From contig JAAOMT010000706.1 of the NCBI GenBank assembly GCA_016748015.1, forward strand, positions 35,997 to 99,996: a DNA stretch of 64,000 nucleotides, in the 5' to 3' direction. The DNA comes from Geosiphon pyriformis uo1. Its lineage: Eukaryota > Fungi > Glomeromycota. Both the position numbers and the translations under genes were made by a program. Position 1 is the stretch's first letter; the number at the start of each line of letters is the position of its first letter. Of this stretch, positions 39,801 through 51,415 are shown one piece after another. A model generated the notes under the pieces. The model was given only the letters and a program-made list of their open reading frames with translations. It made no database searches and was not told where the DNA came from.

Positions 39801-41382
39801 AGAGTTCAAATGCTTTTTCTGAATTTTTTGTCATTCCTCTTCCATTAGCATAACAAAGAGCAAGATTGTGTTGTGCCTTTAAATGTCCCGCCTCTGCTGC
39901 TTTTGAATAGAGTTCAAATGATTTTTCTGAATTTTGCGTCGTTCCTTCTCCATTATCATAACAAAGTGCAAGATTGTATTGTGCACTTAAATGTCCCGCC
40001 TCCACCGCTTTTAAATAGAGTTCAAATGCTTTTTCTGAATTTTTTGTCGTTCCTTCTCCATTAGCATAACAAAGTGCAAGATTGTATTTTGCATCTAAAT
40101 GTCCCGCCTCTGCTGCTTTTGAATAGACTTCAAATGCTTTTTCTGAATTTTTCGTTGTTCCTTTTCCATTAGCATGACAAAGCGCAAGATTAAATTGTGC
40201 CGTTGTATGTCCCGCCTCTGCTGCTTTTGAATAAAGTTGAAATGCTTTTTCAGAATTTTTTGTCGCCCCTTCTCCATTATTATAACAAAGTGCAAGATTA
40301 TATTGTGCATTTAAATCTCCCGCATCTGCTGCTTTTGAATAGAGTTTAAATGCTTTTTCTGAATTTTGCGTTGTTCCTTCTCCATTAGCATAACAAAGTG
40401 CAAGATTGTATTGTGCATCTAAATGTCCCGCCTCTGCGGCATTTGAGTAGAGCTTAAATGCTTTTTCTGAATTTTGCATTGTTCCTTCTCCATTAGCATA
40501 GCAAAGTGCAAGATTATATTGTGCATTTAAATGTCCTGCCTCTGCCGCTTTTGAATAGAGTTCAAATGCTTTTTCTGAATTTTGCGTCGCCCCTTCTCCA
40601 TTATTGTAGCAAAGTGCAAGATTGTATTGTGCATTTAAATGTCCCTCCTCTGCCGCTTTTGAATAGAGTTCAAATGCTTTTTCTGAATTATGCGTCGTTC
40701 CTTCTTCATTATCATAACAAAGGGCAAGATTATATTGTGCATTTAAATGTCCCGCCTCTGCTGCTTTTGAATAGAGTTCAAATGCTTTGGCTGAATTTTT
40801 TGTCGTCCCTTCTCCATTAGCATAACAAAGTGCAAGATTGTATTGTGCATCGAAATGCCCCGCCTCTGCTGCTTTTGAATAGAGTTCAAATGCTTTTTCT
40901 GAATTTTGCCTCGTTCCTTCTCCATTATCATGACAATGTGCAAGATTGTATTGTGCAAGTGTATTACCCGCCTCTGCAGCTTTTAAATAGAGCTCATATG
41001 CTTTTCTTTGATCTTGTGAAGTCCCAGTTCCATTATCATAACAACGTCCCAAGAAGAATTGTCCAAGAGAATCCTTTGCATTCGCTGCTTTCTGAAATTC
41101 TAGAAATGCTTTTGTTAAATTAGAAATAGTTCCAATCCCATGTTGTAAAGAAAAGCCGAGTAAAATATAGTTTATCGATCGCTTTGAACTTTTATTATTC
41201 AAGCAATCGAATAAATCTTCAGGTGTTTTCTGATTGTGCACAAGATATTTTTTCACTAATTCACCAACTTTTGAATGTTCACTAGCTGGAAAAATGGCCA
41301 AATTTTCTTTGATGACAATCAATGTTCCTTCAAGCCAGTCGAGGGGTGAAGTTGCGTTTTCAATTGATGGGGTTGAAGACAT
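36801..41382 (-). CDS. Sel1-repeat / Cys-rich / tyrosine-kinase-like protein kinase
   Basis: ATG 41382; exon 1 to 37891; intron 37890-37816; exon 2 37815-37053; last exon uncertain (stop at ~36950, ~36901 or 36801). About 24 Sel1 repeats, four CxxC pairs, and kinase motifs GAGGFG, VALK, HGDLHPGN, DLG, APE, DVYSF. Confidence 0.92.
38803..40962 (-). repeat. 20 tandem, highly similar 108-bp coding repeats (36-aa Sel1 units)
   Basis: Consensus [36 protein letters not shown] with exact 108-bp period and no indels. Confidence 0.97.
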
Positions 41383-42040
41383 GATTTTCAAGTAGCGCAA
41401 AATAGATTATTGACCCTTGAAAATTTTGTCTGGGTAAAGAAGGATGTTTAAAGAGCTCGTCTTGCTGATAAATAAGGATTTCAACCTCTAATCGCATTTC
41501 CTGAAAAGGCTAGGCCTTGAAGAAAATTGGAAACGGTAGAAAATTCTGAAAACACACATTGCTTAAACGGGTAGAGATGGTCTTATTGCTGTTTTAATAA
41601 AACCTAAAGTTGAGATGTTTTTCTTGTAACAATGTAAATGCATATCTCCTGCCGCTTCCAAAAATATTTTTTAATATCAAGAAAAGGTATAGCACTCTTC
41701 TTTACAGTAATAGGCTTTAAAAACGTAAAGTAATTTCCTTGGCTCTCCCTTGTAAAAAGTTTATCTTGAATTTCAGTGAGTCAAGACAAAGTATTCTGGA
41801 AAGAAAAGCGTCATAGTGGAAAGAATATTGTATTGTCGCTGATTATAATTTCAACTTGAAATATTTTATTAACAATAATTAGTCTTTTTTATTTTGTCTT
41901 GATATTATACATTTACAATGACAAAATATCTTACAAAGAACACCAGATGGCCAAATACTTGTTACCTCTCATGCCCCATATTTTAGAATAAAATATCATA
42001 AATGCATGATTCATTTAAAAAACTACATAATATTTGACCA

Positions 42041-42118
42041 AAATAGCTCTAACAATCTAGCTATGGTCTTCAATTTTTGGACGAAAATAGTTCTTAACAA
42101 TCTAGCTATCATCTTCAA
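42041..42118. repeat. Imperfect two-copy direct repeat (~44-bp period)
   Basis: aaatagctctaacaatctagctatggtcttcaa and aaatagttcttaacaatctagctatcatcttcaa. Confidence 0.8.
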
Positions 42119-43739
42119 AATACCAAGTTTTCAACTCCTTTAAACAAAAGTAATCTGGTCCTAATTTTATACAAAGATGGAATCGCTAAATTGCACAATG
42201 ACATATAGCTAGAAAAAATTCATAACTGTACAAACAAATAAAAACTTTTATGCCCTTAAAAATTTTTTTGGGGGGAACTTTTGATTCAGTTTTATCACAA
42301 AGTAAACCCATTTTGCCCTAAAACCTCATACAAAGATCTTTTCACCACTGGATTCAGAACTAACTATAAATGCTAACATATAATTTATTTGATAAACTTT
42401 GGCGAAGTCTGTATATGTAACAATGGGAGCTTTATTTTTTTTGTCAGATGATGATAACAGAGCCAGAGTTTAGATTAGCTAAATTTATTGTTTTTGTTTC
42501 TTATTAATTAAGAGTTTATAAATTAAAAACTTTCAAGAATAATGATAATAATAAGGCACTGTTTTTACTTTACAGTATATACGTCTAATCAAATATAGGT
42601 CGGTTTCCAAGATTTATTTTAAACGTTAGAGAAAATAAATACACATCTTTTTCAATATTGAATTCTGATGTAAGCTTTTATTCTAACAATAATATTTTTT
42701 GATATTTTATTTAAATTTAAATTTTTTTCTATTGTATTTTAAAAATGATATGTAAATTTATATAAATAATTGTTTTAAACACCGATTAATCTTATTTCAT
42801 GAGTGTTTAATTAATTTTAGATTAAACAATTATAATAAATATTCAAACATCTTAATCTTATAATTTTTAAATTAAGCAAGTAATATGTTTAAGATTAATA
42901 TTTTGCTAAAATATATTTTTAATTTAAATTTGCTAAAACAATTTTCAAATTATTTTTCCATAATGTTATCAATTTCCAAAAAAGAAAGCGAGATTTACAT
43001 TATAATATTATATGTTATTTATTTATTAAAAAAATTATTTTATTTGTAAAATTAGTAATTTAATATTTATTAATTATTAAGCTTTTAATTAAATTTAAAT
43101 AAATTATTTTTATTGATAAATTTGTTAAAATTGAAATACAATATTAATTATAATTTTAACTAAAAATATACACGAATGATTATTTATTATTATTATTATT
43201 TTAAGAATAATCCGCAATAATTGTAAATATCACAAGTTTAAATTTATCAAATCAAATTGTTTACTTTTAATTTTTAATTTTTCAATTATATTTTTTAGCA
43301 TATTTTAAACATAATTAGCAATAAATTTTTTTGTTTAATCTATAAAGAAAGCTCATTTTTATGCGATATATTTTAAATTAAAATAACCTCATATTATTTT
43401 GCTTGTTTTAGTTTGTAATACCCTAATTTTTAATATATAATATATCAAAAAAGATACTTTTTTTAAACAAAATTATAAATTTAATATTGTGTTTAATAGA
43501 TACTATAATTTATAATTTATAAATAAAATAAAATAAACAAAGCTTAAGAAAAAAATAATGTTTACATGTATATATAATTTTTTATAATATAAAAGTTATT
43601 TTTTGATTAAAAAAATTTAAGACAATATATAATATATTACAAAAATATTTGACTTTTGTAAAATTAAAAGAGAAAAAATAAAATAAAAGTTAATTATTCA
43701 TATTTTTAATAGATTGATAAATCTTTATTTACCAACAAA

Positions 43740-44150
43740 CATAAAAAAAAATGTTTGCAATATGCAAAAAATTATAAAGCTTCTGATTGGAGTCAAGTTA
43801 TATTTTCAAATAAAAGCACAATTTTTTTAAACTAATCAACATTAAAAATTTGGCAGTTTTCTAGTAAACTGGTTAGGTTTTAAAACAATGTCAATGCTGA
43901 TTTTATGGTTAAAAATATACAAGCAAGATTTTCTTTCATCTGTTTATATGCTTTATGAGAACAATTATATAGAGTGAATCTTGCAAGAAGATCCTAATTT
44001 GTAACATCATTCTTTAGAAGGAGGAAACTGATGTTAATGTCATTTCATGGACATCAATTTTACCTGACCAAGATCTAATTGAGCATTAGTGATCAGAATA
44101 TTTTTTTTACCAGCTTATTGAGTTATGAATGGTATGTGATGAAAAAGAAA
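43740..44150 (+). mobile_element. Tc1/mariner (IS630-like) transposase relic
   Basis: DWSQVIFSNKSTIF from 43785 (from W..VIFSDES.F), LQED at 43981, WTSILPDQDLIEH* at 44048-44089 (from WPxxSPDLNPIExxW). Internally deleted; no TIRs confidently found. Confidence 0.7.
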
Positions 44151-45454
44151 TAAGTATTGGTGTTTTTAAAAACTGTTAAACAAAAAAACGAAACTAGTGT
44201 AGCAGCATATTATTGAAAAATATTTTTATTAAAGTGATACAAAACATTTTGACGGGCTCACTCAAATTATAAAAATACATGAATTAATTCAAAAAATATT
44301 GTTTTTCAAATAATAGGTTTTTCTACTGAAATTTTTAATAAAAAAAACTCAGAGAGTTGACAGTCAATGTATTTGCCTGTTTTGTGTACCTTCATCCTGA
44401 AATTTATTTAATGAATAGGAGATTTTTTAGAAGAGCGTAAAGCGTTTCGATAGAAAACTATATATATTTTTTATTTATTTGAAAAGTGAATTTAATTAAT
44501 TAAAATTTTATTTTATTTGTTAATGGAAATGTAATTATGTGATTCTATAATGTAGAAAAAAAACAGTTTTTAGTTTAACTTAGTTCAGATTTAATTCGAC
44601 AAAATACACAAAAATTGATTTGGATTATACAGAGATTCCATCTAATTTGGATTATTTACTAAAACAATTTAAAGTTTATTTACTGAAAAGTTTTCAATTT
44701 TAAGAAGTTCTCATTATAGATCTGAAATTCTTTGAACCATTTTCTTTTATTTGAATTCTCACAATTTTCGAAGAATTTAAAACTTTTTTAACAAATATCC
44801 AAGACTTCAAAAAAAAGGGATTTTTTTTTAAAGACTAACTGTCATCATTTCTGAATAGAAGATTTTATCTCTTTTATAAGATCTACAATTTTCAATAAAA
44901 TATTTGACTCTATGTTTTTGCTTGATAGGCTACAAATAGAGATAATAATCAATTATAAGCGGAGACAAAGAGAATAATATGTTAATCATTAAAAAATTTT
45001 GAATCCCCTTCTGCCATAATATCAAAAGATATAGGTGATCAAGCGCAATTTGAAGCGGAAGAATATCTCTAAATGGCGCATTCTCGAATACTTGAAGTTT
45101 TTCAGAATACTAATAATGAAACAAGACTTGTTTCGAACAAAGCTTTAAATGATTGACAATTTATTAAATTCTTTCAACAACGATCAATTTTCCCACTTTA
45201 CGGAAATTTTAAGCCCATAATCATCTTATAGATAATTCTTAAACAGAGGAAAAAATAATGAAAGAGTAATTAAAAAGAAATAATTTACACATGTTTTAAT
45301 TTCAGATGATTAAATTGTTCTGGCCAGATGGTCCAAAGATCGATCCGGAATCTTTGATCTCTAATTGGAAAAAACATTTATTATTATGATGACTCTTGTG
45401 TGTGTGTGTGTATATAATTGCAAATTTTCAAAAGAGATCAATTATAATTTTTTA

Positions 45455-46852
45455 ATGATGGATTCTTTCAATAAAACTAAAAAATTTTTTTTTATATTAA
45501 GTAGTCAGATTTTCCTGCTACTTTTTTTATTTTTAAATAGTTTTCAAATTCAATATGAAATATTTTCAAAAAATGAATTTTCCCTGGTTAATAGAAGTTT
45601 CGAGAAAACTTTTATATATCAACAGATTCAACATTCAATCAATGAAAATTTAAATCTTTCAATAATTTTCGAGGGAAATCCGAGAATTCATAAAAGAAAT
45701 AAAACACCTAAACTATCTTCAAATCCTGCTAATCAAAACCTCCCACCTTATCCACGTAGGGCAATAGAAAATTTGACCCATACCTATAAAACTTTAATGT
45801 TTCATATTGCACAATATGCGAATATGGCCTATTGCTCGGAAAGGCAAAAATCAAAAGGTACTTTTCTTGAATTTTTCATTTAAAATCTTGAAATTACATT
45901 AAACTTTTTTTAAAAAAAAAAAATAGTTCCAAGCTTTAAAATTGTCTATGATCAAACGTACAATCGCATGATAATTTATTTCGTTGGGGAAATGTTATCC
46001 CGTATGGAATGGGAAACTCGAAAAGTTAAACTGGCAAATATAACTTTTGAATTGTTAGAAAAAAAAGAACTACAACTATATCAAACATATGTAGACGCAG
46101 TGTGGAATGAAGAGGTAAAAAAAATAAAAGAGGAAATGATTAAAAAGCTTGATCATTTTTTTTCGCTGAGTGTACCGTTAAATTTTGTGGGACATGGAGT
46201 TGGAGGTGGTAAGTTTCATATTTCATCTTTGAATTTAAAAATGATTATAATTTTTTAATTTTTATGAGACTCAAACAAAAATTTAATATAACTTTTCTTT
46301 TGATAATGAAATGAAATCTAGCTTATGCCGTTCTCGCCGCTTTCTATTATCAAATTCACTGTTTTAACAATGGCTCACCTCACCAAAAAATACTAGTCAC
46401 AACATTTGGTCAGCCGCGAATTGGTGATTTTTCATTTGCTATACTCCTCAACAAACTTATTAAAGTGCAAAGGATAACCCATTCAAATGATTACGTCCCT
46501 CGCTCATTTCATCCCCCACCAAGATTTTTACACCATGATAGAGAGTATTGGATCGCACGTGATGAATGTGATTGTCTTGACAAAATAGCACCTCTTGAGG
46601 ATGGTTATTTTTATTTTGAATGCCGAGGATATCGACCAAAGTGGGGTTTAACCCACGGTGAGAATCCGGTAAATAGCCGAAATTGTTTGCTATTGCTTAT
46701 ATGATTTTCGAATTGGCTAAAATTACATCTATTTTTGATTTTAATTTTAATTAAAGGAATGTAATCAGGGCACAGTTGATGATTTGGAATCATGGACTCA
46801 TGTTGGTCCTTATTTTGGGGTTAAAATGGGAAACTGTGATAATCAAACGTAA
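45455..46852 (+). CDS. Secreted class 3 lipase-like protein lacking the catalytic Ser (4 exons)
   Basis: Exons ~45455-45857, 45928-46208, 46322-46668, 46757-46852. Hydrophobic N-terminus; QYANMAYC; spliced FVGHGVGGAYAVLAA; TTFGQPRIGD; RITHSNDYVPR; HHDREYWI; ECNQG...HVGPYFGVKMGNC. Open frame. Confidence 0.88.
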
Positions 46853-47720
46853 ATTTATTTCTCGCGACTGTTTGGAATTTAATAAGAGAAGATAAAGTCG
46901 TGGTGGCGTACAAAATCTTTTAACAAAACTACCACAATATGATCAATAATTAGATTGCCTTCTAACATTAAATATATTTCTTTTTAAAATTAAATGAAAT
47001 TTTGAAGAACCAATTTAAATTTATGTGAATAATATTTTGAAATCTTTTAGTCACAATTCATCTTTTTTTATTTATTAAATAATCATAGGTAAATAACCCT
47101 TATTTATTCAATAATCAAATTATATGGTTAATAAATTTTGAAAATTCAGAAATCAAATTTTTGAAGCAAAATATCAATGATTATTTCAAACACAAAAAGT
47201 TTTTCAATATTTCAAAATAAACCCCATCCTTATAAACTAACTTTCAAGTCTTTGTGATTTTTTAGTTCTTATTTGATTTTTATTCCCAAAGTTTTTTTCG
47301 CTGAAAACCCTTTTAATAAATGAATCATTCCTTTTGAAAAATTTAGAATTTTAATATTTTGTTAACTTAGGACAACTGATTATTATTAACCTAAAAATAT
47401 GACTTTGATATAACAGTCTTCCAGGCCTGGATTCATTTTATTCTGACGAATTAAATTAAACAGGAATTTAGTGTCACCTGAAAATTCTAATTGGATTTAC
47501 ATTTCTAACCCAATATATAAATAAGGAAAATATGAGTTATATTTTATTCAAAAAGTATATGTTTTATCAAGAATTTTTGAAATTGAATTCTCGAAAACAT
47601 TAATACATAAATTTTATTCACAACAAACTATTCGAAAACACAATCAATTTGATTAAAACAAATATGAGAAAATCCATAATATTGTAAAACATCAATATTC
47701 AAGTTCGTTTTACAAATAAT

Positions 47721-49283
47721 TTAATTCTTTCCATACTTTTTTTGAGCATACTGTTCAAAGGTGGCTATAGAAGGATGCAATTCCTTCGCAATAGAAAGAT
47801 CACTAAGAGCCGCATCTTCTCCAAAGTATCCAAAATCCTTGATCCATCCATTCTGTCATATAAAAATCAAGTATTAAGGATAATGAGTAAAAAATCAGAA
47901 TTTGATATTTGATATAGATATTGACAATGAAACATTAAAGATAAAAAGTTTTCCAATCAATACCATTTCAAATATTTCTTCATTTGCCAAGTACGGGAAC
48001 TCTTTGGCAGTTTCCTCTTTGGAAAGTGAGATGAATCGATGTTCTTTACCCCTCACTTGATTTTTGATGGTGGGAAATTAGTAAAATTCTTTTTAGAAAT
48101 TTAGACTAGAAAGTTGGCGTCTAAGTAAAATATTAAATGTCATTTCAGTTACCTTTGGTCAAAGTTTCGGCAATTTTTTGAAAGGATATGTATTCTGCAG
48201 CGGCTGCAACCCTTTTGCCATTCCACTTCTGTGGTCCTTCTTCAATAATTTTAGCTACGATTGGCTAAAAGGGGGATTGCAAAATTGAACGTGAGAATTA
48301 TTCATTAATTTAAAACCATTTTTAATAGAATTTTATATTCGAAGCTTACCCCTGTATCGTTGGAAGCATCAAAAATAGGTATCAAAGAGTCAGCCTGAAA
48401 AATTGGAACTCTTATTTCTGCATAGCCTTCTTTATCGATCAATGGAAAGAATGCGCCAATGTTTGAAGAGTAAAAACCAGCGTAAACAAATGTAGAATTT
48501 GGAATTCCACTTTGACGAATGTATTCCTCGACTTGATTTTTTCCTGTAATGTTTATCGTAGTTCAATAAAAAACTGGCAGAATGATTTAAAAAGTTTTCA
48601 TTATGTAAAAAAAAAAAAGTTTCTTAACCTGTGAAGTGAATAACATTATTGTAAAGTCCTTTTGATCCGGCGGCTGGGTCAGGAAGTGAGCTTTGTCAAA
48701 ATATAATTGAAACAAAAGACGTGTAAAAAATCTTGGGTGAAATTCATATATTAAATTTGAAATTATTTTTCACCTATAAATCAACCAATTAAGGCCGACT
48801 TTTTTTGCCGCATCTGCTACCAATTTACCCTGACGAACTTCCTCCCCTACATCGGTTCCCACGATCGACTAAAAGATCAGTCAATGAATTAATTATCACT
48901 TTTTAAATAATTGGTCATATAAGCTATCACAATTGATATATTTCAATTTCACTCACCGGATCCCAAAAATTAGTGACGATCCATGCAACGTCAGCTCCCT
49001 TGAATGCTCGCTCCACATCTTCGCTATTTGATAAATTAGCCTTAACTACCTCGACACCTTTGGCTGCGAGAGCTTTACCAGCAGCCGAAGATGGATCACG
49101 AGTTAAGCCACGTACATTGTATTTTCCAGTGGCTAAAAGAGCATTTACTACTGAGCCACCTTGCTGGCCTATCAGATTATTGGAAATTTAGTTGAATGGA
49201 ATGAATTCAACAAATATATTAATGATTAATTTAATTCATTCACCAGTAGCGCCGCTTACAGCTACAATTGGTTTTGAAGACAT
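47721..49283 (-). CDS. NmrA-like (HSCARG-type) atypical SDR NAD(P)-binding protein (8 exons)
   Basis: Spliced MSSKPIVAVSGATGQQGGSVVNALL...VRGLTRDPSS...VTNFWDP...QGKLVADAAK...IYSSLP...HFTGKNQVEEYIR...YAGFY. All introns are GT-AG; stop TAA at 47721-47723. Confidence 0.93.
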
Positions 49284-49310
49284 GATGATGATGATGATGA
49301 TGATGATGAT
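49282..49310. repeat. (ATG/CAT)9-10 microsatellite abutting the NmrA-like start codon
   Basis: Direct reading. Confidence 0.9.
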
Positions 49311-50153
49311 AATGATTAAGAGACTTGGAACGATAAAAAATTTCTTCGTTCGCCCAAGACCTAATATATCATAAAATTCTTTGCGGATCAACCAATCAGC
49401 ATGAAACAATTCTGTCGTTATTGAATAGCATAATAATAGGTATAAAACCTGTTCGATTATTAATAATCTTGAATGGATTAGTTTTGTGTGTTGATCAAGT
49501 ATTACAACATTCCAAATTATTTTATCTCAATTATTAAGTTGCTAGAAATTCATGACAAATACAAAATCGGCGGCAGATATTTAACCATTTGAGATAAAAT
49601 CACGTCATCTATTGCATTCTGAACAAAGACTTGTCCGAACTCATCTATTTTCTGGCAAATTCCAACTGGTCTTGTTAAAGAAAATATATGCAATAATTAC
49701 TGAAAAAAATCTATTTATTTAATATGACCATTCTCATGTGCAGTGAGAAGAAAATAATATTGCGTTTATTGATTATATATTAATTTAATATTCTTTAATA
49801 AATATATGTAAAATTATATTAAATTATTGTTATGTTTAATTTTTTTCATTTAATTATATAATGATTTTATCAATCAAGGTGCCATAAAATCTAGTAATAA
49901 AAATTAATTGTCAAAATTATTGAGCTTATAGCAAAAGTCATCATAAAAATAATAACTGTTCTTATATTTAAGGTTAAATATAACATCAACTAGAATCAAC
50001 ATAATAGAACAAACAAGAAAACTATATTAAATCGGAACCCGAGTGAACCATTTATTCTTAATCATTGCATCGAGGTCGTACAATTTCTAGGATCACTTGT
50101 TGATGAAACTTCAATTTAAATAATAAAACATTAAATTTACAATTAACTTACTC

Positions 50154-50226
50154 GCCTTCTTAGCTCAGTTGGGAGAGCGTTAGACTGAAGATCTAAAGGT
50201 CCTGTGTTCAATCCACAGAGGGGGCA
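50154..50226 (+). tRNA. tRNA-Phe (GAA), intronless
   Basis: Acceptor GCCTTCT/AGGGGGC+A, D arm GCTC/GAGC, anticodon arm TTAGA-CTGAAGA-TCTAA, T arm CTGTG-TTCAATC-CACAG. 73 nt, with a T6 Pol III terminator at 50267-50272. Confidence 0.95.
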
Positions 50227-50527
50227 AATGCTGTAAAATCCCATAACGTAATTCATCCATTATCAGTTTTTTAATCAAGGAATTAACGAAATTATTATGG
50301 TCCGATTTTTACCAGATTGGGATTCTTGAAAATAAATTCTATTAATGAAGCATAATTCACGTGTTTCAGATTTATTAATATTTTTGGCAAAGTTAATAAA
50401 TAATATTTCTATTAAAAATTTATTTAAGATAATAAATGTTATTATAACTTATAAAGTATTTTATTATGTTAATAAGATAATTTATTACAAAATTAATAAA
50501 TGAAGAAAATTGCCATAATCAACTATC

Positions 50528-50584
50528 GTTGAGCTATTAATTTTAATTATCATTTGTTGAGCTATTAATTTTAAATTATCATTT
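50528..50584. repeat. 28/29-bp tandem duplication
   Basis: gttgagctattaattttaa(a)ttatcattt occurs twice in tandem. Confidence 0.9.
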
Positions 50585-51415
50585 ATTGACAATTAATAAT
50601 AATTTATATATTCGTTTTTTTTTTAAAAAATAAATTTACATTTTTGATACTTCTATAAAGAATTATTTTTATTTTTTTATTTTATTGTGCATACACGATG
50701 TATTTTGATTTAATTATATTTAAAGTTATAATCGATTTTTATATTTTTTATAAAATGAAAATAACTTTGAAATTTTTAATAATGTTAATTTTTTAAAATA
50801 TTTGATCAAAAATTTTACTGTATTAAAATACGGTTTTTTACAAATTTAGATAAAATTTAATTTTCATTCCATTAAACTTTTATTACAACTTAAAAAATCA
50901 AATATTTAAGAACAAGGCTATTCAAAATATTCAAAATATTCAAAACAAACACCAAATCCAAAAGCTTGAGAAACTTTATTCTTCAAAACAATGAGAAAAG
51001 ATGAAAGGCATTGTCTAAATAATTTTAAGAACTGGAATGTTTCGATTAACCTAAATCAACGGTAGTTTAATTCTTTGGCATGAAGGCGAATAAGAATTAA
51101 GTATCAAGTTCTTTGGGTGTCTGCGATTTAATTACAATTTTCATCTTAAACTGTGAAATCGGAGACCTAAATTTCTTGTCGAAAATGATCGCATACAATT
51201 TTACAGAAGCATCACTGAATGTCAATGAGCATTCTCTTTTAACTTTGCAAGTAACCCAATAAGTGCAAAAAAAAGGCTTGAAACATTTATACTATCAAAA
51301 TAATTCAAGTTACATGACGAATTAGGAACCTGGAAAGATTCCTTAAACGTACCACGGTTGGGACAAGAAATTCTTGGGAAAGCATAGTTTTGTATAAAAA
51401 ATATATATAAGGCTT

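Noticed and set aside
38803-40962. Regular repeat array resembling a CRISPR
   Set aside because: Contiguous 108-bp in-frame coding repeats without unique spacers, in a eukaryotic gene.
50154-50226. tRNA-Phe with two adjacent U:G acceptor pairs as a pseudogene or SINE head
   Set aside because: The cloverleaf, A/B boxes and terminator are intact and no SINE body or tail follows.
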